A stretch of DNA of 64,000 bases, from the NCBI RefSeq assembly GCF_000143415.4, contig NW_003314264.1, forward strand, positions 265,492 to 329,491. The letters are read 5' to 3'. The translations under genes were made by a program, and so were the position numbers. Numbering within the stretch: position 1 is the first letter of the stretch; each line of letters starts with the position of its first letter. Below, piece after piece: positions 1 through 9,631 of the stretch. Origin of the DNA: Selaginella moellendorffii. Lineage: Eukaryota; Plantae; Lycopodiophyta. The notes beneath the pieces were generated by a model that saw nothing but the letters and a program-made list of their open reading frames with translations, did not search any database and was not told the origin of the DNA.

Positions 1-120
1 GTCCGTGTTAGTAACACGGACCACTGTTCACGAACACGGCCGTGGGAACACGACCCATGGCCGTGTTCGTGAAACACGGTGAACACGGCCGGGATCCCGG
101 CCGTGTTCGTAACATGGGTT
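1..120. repeat. Cluster of direct and inverted CCGTGTT/AACACGG motifs, possibly transposon subterminal repeats
   Basis: CCGTGTT and AACACGG recur in both orientations, e.g. GTCCGTGTTAGTAACACGGAC and AACACGGCCGGGATCCCGGCCGTGTT; the cluster runs off the window start. Confidence 0.6.
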
Positions 121-195
121 TCGAGAGGAACGCCTCTATATTGGAGATACCTATAATAAAATATAAATAATTGAGTATAGTTGAGAAATTGTATG

Positions 196-1790
196 TTACC
201 TAAAAGCTCCTCGACACATGAAGTAAGGTTGGCCAAGTTGTTTATCAAATGGAGTCGTGCTTGTGGCCTTCTTTGGCAGCCAGTCCTCTCCAAGTTTTGT
301 AAGCTCAATGGTGACGAAGTCCTTAAATGGAAGTTGCTCAGGATCATCCCCTATGAAAGGCGCTAGAAACATCTCCCCTTCATATACAGTTTGTGAAATG
401 TAGACGGTCCTCCTCATCACAGTCTCCATCATACTGTCCAAACCTTTTTCTCCTTCCCTGAGTCTGCTATTGAGGTCGTTCAGAATGTGTATCTGTTCCT
501 CATATGTAAGCTTTGACTTTGAGATGTTGTAAATAATCTCATCTGGAGTCTTGCCCACTGAAAAATAACTTTTGTGAGAACCTTCATGTAAATACAAACA
601 ATACTTACTTTCATGACAAGAAATCTCTGTTATAATATCGAACCACTCCTTTGGGCGTCGAGGGTCAGCCACACTAAGTAATTTCTTTACCTTTGTCTTC
701 TTTGTGATGTTGATTTTCTTGTCAATTGCAGCTAAATGCTCTGAGAGTTCTTGATCATTTTCCGCTCGATGCGACTGTGCATATGCATCTTGCTTAACCT
801 TCACCAATGGCTGAAGACAACACAAACATTTTATGATAAGAAGTATACTTGAAAGAACATACCTTACTCCACACAGCTGTCATAAAAGCCACTGGATTTT
901 TGTACCATCTATTGGCATCCTGACGACCTCGTTGATGTCGAATAAGTGATGCTAAATCATCACCATTGTGGCTGCGGACTGCATCCTCGTCGAGATTGGC
1001 AAGAAACCGGATCTGCTCGATGTCATGTACTAGGCTTTGTTTCTGCACTGCAAACTATCCCAGTCTGCAAAACACAAATTGTTAAAAGTGATTGAAGAGG
1101 GAGAGGTACTTACGCATTAATTTTGTGGCAAGCTATTACAAGCCTTGCCACATCTAGAGATCCTCTCGCATGTATATGTCCAACCGGAACATTGATGTGA
1201 TAGACAGGATCATCTCGGAAGCATTCTCGGATGCACTTCATCCACACGCACCAGCGATGATTCCCGTTGATAATGTAGAATATTTTCCCCACAAATTGTT
1301 GAGTCTCAGGATGGCTCATAAGCTTGTTGTCAAATTCGCGGGACTTCATTTTCCAAATGTCATCCCAATCCCTCTCGATTTCCGGTGACACCGAGAGGGT
1401 ATTTGTCGTTCCTGGCTTGAAAACCGAAACAAGGAACATACCTATGTTTGTCCCAAGGCCATTCTGTTTGTACAGACTATAGATGTCCATGTTGACGAAG
1501 TGCGGTGAAGCAGACCGAACGATGCTTGTCTGAGTGAATCGACATAGTGGGATTTCTCGGATCATGTGCCCCGGGCCTTCCCACTTGAGAGACTCCAGAG
1601 TCGTGTGAATGGCCTTCTCTTTAGTTCTCAAAACTGTCTCTTGGAAGCACTTGTCGACAATGTGTTCAGGTAGCTCCACTTCTCTTTCAGCTTCAGCTAC
1701 ACCTCCAGTAGCACCATTATCAGATCTAGCCCCCGACTCGGGCCCAACACCGCCATCAGGCGCACTTGGGCACTGCTCCGTTTCTGCCAT
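196..1790 (-). pseudogene. Intron-containing gene with a ParB/Sulfiredoxin-like N-terminal domain; one in-frame TAG at 1057-1055
   Basis: ORFs 1110-1790, 794-1048 and 196-825 join through GT-AG introns (1113-1065 and ~860-813). Motif FYIINGNHRW resembles the ParB/Srx GxHR box. Probable ATG at 1790 in an AAAATATGG context. The spliced frame reads INA-LG-*-FAVQKQSL. Confidence 0.6.
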
Positions 1791-1857
1791 ATTTTGTGAA
1801 TATGTTAAGAGTAGTGGCATTTGTGGTTGTGGCAGCAATGGTAGTGATGACAATGGT

Positions 1858-1949
1858 TGCACTGGTGGTGGTGATGATGGTGGCGGTGGTGGTGGTAATG
1901 GTGGTGATGATGGTGGTGGTGGTAATGGTGGTGATGACGGTGGTGGTAA
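1858..1949. repeat. (GGT/GAT)n trinucleotide-like simple repeat running into the assembly gap
   Basis: ggtggtggtgatgatggtggcggtggtggtaat... read directly. Confidence 0.9.
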
Positions 1950-2221
1950 NNNNNNNNNNNNNNNNNNNNNNNNNNNNNNNNNNNNNNNNNNNNNNNNNNN
2001 NNNNNNNNNNNNNNNNNNNNNNNNNNNNNNNNNNNNNNNNNNNNNNNNNNNNNNNNNNNNNNNNNNNNNNNNNNNNNNNNNNNNNNNNNNNNNNNNNNNN
2101 NNNNNNNNNNNNNNNNNNNNNNNNNNNNNNNNNNNNNNNNNNNNNNNNNNNNNNNNNNNNNNNNNNNNNNNNNNNNNNNNNNNNNNNNNNNNNNNNNNNN
2201 NNNNNNNNNNNNNNNNNNNNN
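1950..2221. other. Assembly gap (N run)
   Basis: Run of n. Confidence 1.
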
Positions 2222-2344
2222 GCTTTCGTTTCTGAAAATAAAAAAAACTCATTATAAATTATAAATGCATAAGAAGAGGGGAACAGGGCGTGGGCTCAGT
2301 GCAGGCCTCCCCCAAGCACCTTGGCTGGCCCGCGCCAAGGCAAC

Positions 2345-3170
2345 CCACCCGAGAACCTTGCCTTGGCGCTTGGAGGCAGGCCGGTTCGCTGGCGTACCGG
2401 CCCTCCTCCAAGCGCCAAGGCCGGCTCGCGGCCTCCAAGTGCCAAGGCCCGCTCGGGCCAAATGCCCAGGCCGGGCACTTGGTGCGCACCGGCCTTGGCC
2501 CTTGGAGGCGGGCCGGTTCGCTGGCGTACCGGCCCGCCTCCAAGCGCCAAGGCCGGCTCACGGGCGGTTGGCCTTGGCGCTTGGTGCGGGTGCCGGTCCG
2601 CCTCCAAGTGCCAAGGCCCGCTCGGGCCAAATGCCCAGGCCGGGCACTTGGTGCGCACCGGCCTTGGCACTTGGAGGCGGGCCGGTTCGCTGGCGTACCG
2701 GCCCGCCTCCAAGCGCCAAGGCCGGCTCGCGGGCGGTTGGCCTTGGCGCTTGGTGCGGGCGCCGGTCCGCCTCCAAGTGCCAAGGCCCGCTCGGGCCAAA
2801 TGCCCAGGCCGGGCACTTGGTGGGCACCGGCCTTGGCCCTTGGAGGCGGGCCGATTTGCTGGCGTACCGGCCCGCCTCCAAGCGCCAAGGCCGGCTCGCG
2901 GGCGGTTGGCCTTAGCGCTTGGTGCGGGCGCCGGTCCGCCTCCAAGTGCCAAGGCCCGCTCAGGCCAAATGCCCAGGCTGGGCACTTGGTGCGCACCGGC
3001 CTTGGCACTTGGAGGCAGGCCGGTTCGCTGGCGTACCGGCCCGCCTCCAAGCGCCAAGGCCGGCTCGCGGGCAGTTGGCCTTGGCGCTTGGTGCGGGCGC
3101 CGGTCCACCTCCAAGTGGACTTGGCCGGCCCAGGTGGAGTGCCCAGCCAAATGCCCGGCCTGGGCACTTG
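2345..3170. repeat. GC-rich tandem array, 169-bp unit, about 4.5 copies, each with a 29-bp-stem hairpin
   Basis: GCCTCCAAGT-type anchor at 2431, 2600, 2769, 2938 and 3107 (period 169). Inverted repeat CCGGCCTTGGCCCTTGGAGGCGGGCCGGT-10 nt-ACCGGCCCGCCTCCAAGCGCCAAGGCCGG at 2489-2556. Confidence 0.95.
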
Positions 3171-3522
3171 GCAGCGGCGGTGCTGGGCAGCAGTGGCCCT
3201 ATGTAGCGTGGTGCTGGCGTGGCGTGGCGTGGCGTGGGCAATGTTGGGCAGCGGCGGCACAGCAGCGGCAGCATGGCAGTGGCGGTGCTGGGCAGCGGCA
3301 GCATGGCAGTGGTGGTGCTGAGCATGGCGTGGTATGCACGGCGTGGCAGCGCTGGGGCGGGGGCGCTGGGCGCGGCGGCGCTGGGCATGGCGGCGCTGGG
3401 CACAGCGGCGCTGGGCGCGGAGGAGAGGGAGTGGAGGAGAGGGAGTGGAGGAGGAGAAAAAACTTACCCTTGGCGGCATTCTGTTCCCGCAGTCACTCCC
3501 AATCTCCTGCAATACTTTCTGT

Positions 3523-3561
3523 AAAACCCTAACGCCGACGGCTGCCCTAACCCTAACCTAA
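3523..3561 (+). promoter_or_regulatory. Telo-box / short telomere-like CCCTAA repeats
   Basis: AAAACCCTAA...GCCCTAACCCTAACCTAA at the GC-rich/AT-rich boundary between the two divergent TE genes. Confidence 0.45.
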
Positions 3562-4285
3562 CTTTCATCACAGCCGTTCATCATGGATGCAGTAAATCTT
3601 CACTGTACAATAAATATTAATAAATCTAGCACTACAATTTCTATTCCACCCTAGATTTGATCACGTGACAAAGTCCTTTTGAATTGTAATTTAATAATGG
3701 AGGTGTGCTCTAATATGACTATGTCATAATGTGAAATAATGTCACAAATGCATGTGTTGAATTGATCACAGTACGAAATTGTTAGAAATATAAGATTATT
3801 AAATCGTAAGGTGTTATTTCCAAAGCAATGTATATAGATAATTTACTATAGGTGATAGATGGTAGTACAAAGATGGAATATATTTAAATGAGTTCAGAAG
3901 AATGTGATGATTTCTAGCTTTAATGAAGTACTGAAAATATGTACAATATTTAATTTATTTGGCAAGAATTGGTTGATGGTAGATCCTAGAATAAAATCAT
4001 TCCTATCTTTCATATTATGGCACATGCTTGAGGTGATATTTTTTTCCGTTCTACCAAAAGTTAGTGCATATAATAAATTTGAGTATCTTTTTGAATTCAA
4101 TGTATATAGACTTTTAATATTGTACAACATAGTCCTATATACTTCATACAGAATTTATTATAACAACATTATTCGATGTTAGATCTTAGAATAAAATCGC
4201 CCTATCTTTTCACATAATGGCATAGCACATGTGAGGTGACATTTCGTTATAAAAGTTTAGAGTTCCAAAACCTAAAGGCAACAAA

Positions 4286-7200
4286 ATGGAGGGCTTCCTT
4301 TTGCATTACCAAGATCACCCACCGCTTTCTATCTCCCAGAGTCTTATTTCAGAAAGTTTTCTTTGCCGACGTTTCGATCTTTCTCTCGGTTTTATTTCAT
4401 TGGAAGCTGTGATTCGCAACAACATTGGTGTAGTTGAACGATCGGAGTTTCTTCTTTCGGGTGTAGGTGAAGGTGGACAACATTGGGATTTGCAACATTC
4501 CAAGTCGAAAGAGATTCGAGTTTTTGGATCTCCAATCAAAGTGCGAAGCTGTGATCCTGCTAAAGTGAATGTGAAGCAAGAGTCGGTCGTCATCATTTCT
4601 TCCTCTTCTAGTTCTAGTGGAGATGTTAGTCCAGTGCGAGCCAAGAATTTCCAAACTCCAACTTCACTGATATTCCAAGCTGTTTGCAATGCTTTCCAGT
4701 TTTCCCGCCTCTCTATCAATGTTCGTTCCTTTCTACATAGGCCTGTTAGCAAGCTCCCATCTACATACAATGGCAATATCTTCTTTGAACTACCACCTCT
4801 TGTCAGCTCAAAACGAAAGGGGATGGAGACGAAGCAGGATGTCCACAACTGGTGCAAGATCAAGACCACACATTTCCAGCATTTCGAAGGCACAGTGTCC
4901 ATGGTTCATTGTGGTGGGTATTTGGATTGTGTGAATAAAGCATGCAATCAAGAGTGCGGTAAAAACTTCATATTTTTTGAAGGATCGGCAACCAATCCTC
5001 CCCTCTGTGACACCATTGGTGTTGGATTCAAGTGTCGGTTTTGCAAGAATGCTCCATTGTGTCGTGCCATCTGCGGGGCCAAGATGTACTATTTTCTTCC
5101 ACGGGATGGAGAGGTTGGTAAAGCTGCAGTACATATTGGCACGCACACACCTCCAATGCAGGAAGGGATACAAAGGAGTTTAGTCAACCATTTCAAAGAT
5201 GCAGTGCAGATAGAGACTGTGAGAAACTCATCTGCAACTCCGAAGCATGTTCAGAAGACAGTGCTCAAGGATTTTATCGCAAATACTTTACTTGATCCGG
5301 ACTACAAGAATACTCAACTGGATGAGGCTAGCTTGCGGGAGTTACTACGACATGTGCAACCTGCAACTAGCCTCAGGAGGTATGAAAATATTATTACATA
5401 CTTTTCAATAATATCTCTCTTACATTTTGTTTTATTTAGGATAAAGTCTTGGATGTGTGAATCTCGAGAGGGGAAACTCCAATCAAAAATTGGCTCAATC
5501 CTTGAACTAAAACGGACTTGTCCCTATGAGTTTATCCATGGGAGTTTATTTCCAGATCAAGTCGTTAGTGAGCAAGAGCGCCCCTTCGTTTTCAAAATGT
5601 CTACCATGGGCCCTGCCTCTGGTGTGGATCTTGTTTCCCGAATGGATATGTCTGGGTCGAGTGACCTTGCTAATGCATGGGTACATTTTGACCATATGGA
5701 GCGGGTGGCAGGTTGGACAACCATGGGAGCTCATGTGTATGATCCAAGGTAGTTTTTTTTCTCATTATCTTAAAATGGTTTTAAACATTGCACTTTTCAC
5801 AGGCTACGTTGTAACTTGACAATTGCAACGGCAGAGTTTAAAGTACAAGACCAGATGGCTCAAGAAATATTTTGGAAGTCCCTCTCCGACATTGTATTGA
5901 AGCGGACTGGTAAGCCTGCCAACTTTCGCGGTTTCATGGCAGATGGGGCTGGGGCTAATTGGAATGGTGTCCAGGCAGTCTTTGGGAATGGTCAACCATT
6001 GGAAGGTCGTGAGAGGACTTGTGAGTTCCATTGGGCTCAGAGCCTAAACCAACACTGCCATCTTATCAAGCCAGATTTCCAATTAGCATTTAAGGAGTTG
6101 TGCAAACAATGGCAGGCTGCACCTTCTGAAGAAGAGCATGAGGCAAAAGCAAACGAGATCCGAATGTGGTGGCGTGAAGATGGCCATACTGACGTAAGTT
6201 GTCTACCACAACTTGAGTCGTGGTTGGGGTGGTGGGAAGTTAGAATGTTCCAATGGGGACATCACTCTTTTCAGGTTGGTTTTTCTTTTTTTCCTCTCTT
6301 TTTATTGCTTTTTAATATCATCTTTTTATAAGGATCAACCACTTGAGGATCTTGCATACACCCCAACTGTGAATCTCTCAGAGAGTAAACATTGGAGCTG
6401 GCGTTCCTCTGAGGCAGGGAAAGGGAAGATGAGTCTATATGAAGCATGTCTATCAGATTTGATACGCGCTGTAGAGCAGTCTTCAAAAGCCTTGGCATTT
6501 GAGGAAGGAAGATACATGGGAACAGGACCTTCGGTTGAGATGTTACACGATCGGATGAAGAAGAAAGTGACTCCACCAGCACGAACAATGGCAACTGTAG
6601 TGGAGGAAGTGGTCCGTGGCACATCTATGGAGTACACTCCTCGGGCTTCTATTGGTGATATGAAGACCGTCCGCTCAAAGCGTCGATTTTCCTTTGCTGG
6701 TGAAGATGTTGGCACGGATCTTGGAGCAAAAAGCTCTCACAGGCCTAATGTTGAGTATCATTCTGCTCCAAGACATCGCCCCAGAACCGAACCACCTCAA
6801 GTGGCTGATGAAGAAAGTGCATCACAGCAGGTTGAAATTGCTTATCGTAATGTGGAGCCGAAGCAATGGGCAATCCGTCGAGTGCCAGCGAAATCAAATG
6901 TAAGGTGTGTCGGGATGCTTCCAAGGGGCAAGTGTTGGGCTTGGATCCGTGGTGATAAGTCTGCTTCTGTTCCAGCCCCATGTTTCCATGGGGAACGAAA
7001 GCAAGTAGGATTTTCAAGATAGTGTTGGTTATATTGCTGCAACTCTGATGTCAACCATACAAAGCGGCTTGAAGACACTATAGTGACTAAACCTAATGCA
7101 GTACCTAAAGAATGGCCGGTTGCTAATGGGGTTGCGCTCACCTCGGATGAGATTGAAAACCTTGAGAAATCTGGTTTCAATCTTGAGAGGAGAGTTGGAG

Positions 7201-7610
7201 ATATGAGTGACAGAACCAAGACTATTCCTATAGAGATGCACAGGAGGCCAGCACGAAAAGGTAAGGCAGTTAAATTTATTGGTACCGTCTCCAAGCAGAA
7301 GCAAGGTAAAATAAACTTGGCTCAAACACTTGAGTGTGAGATTCTCTCCACGAAGTACATCACTGCGCTCGCAAAGGAGTACACAGTCAAAACAGAAGGT
7401 GGAGAGTACACAATCGCCATTCAAGACTTTCCTTCTTGCACATGTCCAGACTTTACGAAGCGCGAGGAACATGGGAAGGCATATGCTCCTTGCAAGCATA
7501 TGTACTACATCTTCATCAACATCTTGCACCAGGATCCTAAAGTGGATATTCATATACACCAAGCAAGCCTTACTATTGCCGAGTTGCAGAAAACTTTTGG
7601 AGCTAATTAG
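4286..7610 (+). mobile_element. Mutator-like (MULE) transposase gene: GCM/WRKY-like Zn finger, DDE domain and C-terminal SWIM finger; one premature TAG at 7020-7022
   Basis: Exons ~4286-5379, 5440-5748, 5803-6274 and 6333-7610 with GT-AG introns. Motifs: HCGGYLDCVNKAC..CRFC..CGAK..HIGTH (GCM-like); VHFD, FMAD, CEFH and NLSESKH (D-D-CxxH-E); CTCPDF-x-CKH (SWIM). The frame continues through TAG (GFSR*CWLYCC). Confidence 0.85.
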
Positions 7611-8289
7611 ATTTTCCAGCACTATCGATGTTTATTCTCTATCAATAATATAAAATAATTATACCTTATATAATTAATAAAAATATTTTATTATTTCACT
7701 TTTCATTTCATATACTTGTGAGGTTCTTTTCGCAATATTACCCATAGTATTTGTGAGTCTCCATTTTTGTCTTTACCTTCTCAAAAAATATTTCGAGATA
7801 GTCTTTCGGGTGTATGATGTTACAATGTATTGTGAGAGCATATGTACCATCACAGTTGTTTTTTTTTCCTTTCAAATGGTTATATGGCCTTATATAGAAT
7901 CTTAAGTCAAATTTAATAATTTTAAAATTCTGACAAACCTCACATTTACTAGCTAGAAAGCACAGTGTACAAATTTAAAGAAGTGACAAGAATACTCTTT
8001 TTGCAAACATTTTATTTTATATTCTAACAAACGTCTCTATTATTGCATGTAGTAAATATTTAAATTATTAGAACAAGAAGTGTCCTTTAGAACATTTTTA
8101 TCTATATAATATATAGAGAGTTATGAAATTATTAAGTTCGCCATAACTTTAAAATTTTAAAGTTTATAATGTTTGTACTAAATTACAATTGAAAATTGAG
8201 CTCAACTCGTGAGCTCAACTCTTCAGCTCGTGAGCTCAAGTATGGTCCACGCTCATTAGCATGGGTTAGCTAGGTTGACCAGGCATAAG

Positions 8290-9531
8290 GAACTACGCCC
8301 GACTCCCAGTAGGGATGTCGAATCCGTGGATATATTCTACAGAGGTTGGGTTCGAGTCCCAACCCCCTAGTAAAGCAAGGCTGGGTTCAAGTCCCAACCC
8401 CATACTAGGGCGTGGTGAGGTGAGGGGTATAGGGACATCTATATTCCATTGTCATGGGATTTTGGCCGGGGAGGCTAACTTAGGCACACCACTAAGTGGG
8501 GGGATGCCCTTGGAGACATGGTCAACAAGTCATAGGATTAAAAAGAGACGTTCGATATGGGCATCGAGCTTCTTCTATGCGTGGTGGAGTTGTAAGGAAC
8601 CAACTCCTCGAGGTGTTGTAGGTGAAAAGGATCCCCGAAAGCACAACCAAAATTATAAAGAGTTCATCGGATGGGACCGAGTTTGAGATCAAGTCCAAGA
8701 CCGACTTTGAGACTGAGTTTGAGATAGAGTCTGGGATCGAGTTTAAGGCCAACTCTTAGACCAAGTTTGAGACCAAGTTCGAGACCGAGTCTGAGATCCG
8801 AGATTGGGTCCGAAACTGAGTCTGAGGTTGAGTCCGAGGTCGAGTCCGAGATCGGGTCCGAGGTCAAGTCCAAGATCAAGTCTGAGACCAAGTCCGAGGT
8901 CAGATCTGAAATCAAGTCCGAGATCAAGTCCAAGACTGAGTACTAGTACAGGTTGAGGGGTGAAAGCCCAAAGCGTGTGTCTCCCAGGGGAAGGGGGGGG
9001 GGGGGGGGTGTAGAGGGTAAAAGTATATTAAGGATAGTGAGGTGTAGGAATCAGTTTTGAAGGAACTCTCCAGTAGTGCTTCCAAACTGACTTGAGGTTG
9101 AGACTGGGGCTGAGAGGCCTTGGGTGGGAGTGAGCATGGATTTAGGTGGTGCCGGAGGGGCCACCCAAGGAACTACTCAAGAGCAACTCCCACTCCCGAA
9201 AGGGAAACCGACTGCAGTGCTCCCTACTCATGTGGAGTGGTGCCCCACTTGAGTACCTTGCGGCTTATTGGTCCTTGCCTTTCATAGGGGCTTGGGCCTT
9301 CCCTTCGGGATGGAAGTGGGGGGGTAGAGGTACCCTACCGGGCCGTTAGGCCATGGTGTTTCCCCTTAGCGTCCCAAAGCAAGTGTTGCACCCAAGGCTT
9401 GGGATTTAGAGGGTCCCATGATCAAGCCTTGTTGTACCATGGGATGTTAGGAACCTGAAAACTTGGTGTGCTTCACTGCTTGTGCCTATAGGGAGTGTAG
9501 CCGAACCTTAAGTCCAGTCTAACCTGGGAAG
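8290..9531 (+). mobile_element. Degenerate LTR-retroelement remnant related to the 49-64 kb family
   Basis: Twin GGGTTCRAGTCCC hairpins (8344-8399), a decayed GAGTCC/GAGACC array (~8675-8940) and the GGGTGAAAGCCCAAAGCG...TATA module (~8959). A reverse homologue lies at 49330-49839. Confidence 0.7.
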
Positions 9532-9631
9532 NNNNNNNNNNNNNNNNNNNNNNNNNNNNNNNNNNNNNNNNNNNNNNNNNNNNNNNNNNNNNNNNNNNNN
9601 NNNNNNNNNNNNNNNNNNNNNNNNNNNNNNN
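9532..9631. other. Assembly gap (100 N)
   Basis: Run of n. Confidence 1.

Noticed and set aside
2345-3170. CRISPR-like palindromic repeats
   Set aside because: Whole units are repeated with no unique spacers, no cas genes, and the context is eukaryotic
2252-3561. Long overlapping ORFs (up to 417 aa) in several frames
   Set aside because: Explained by the GC-rich 169-bp array and GGC repeats lacking stops; no domain-like composition
3523-3561. True telomere or telomere healing site
   Set aside because: Only about four short CCCTAA-like units; better read as telo-box motifs
1055-7022. U-to-C editing or stop recoding of the two TAG codons
   Set aside because: Plant editing is organellar; methylation-driven C>T decay of a nuclear TE is simpler
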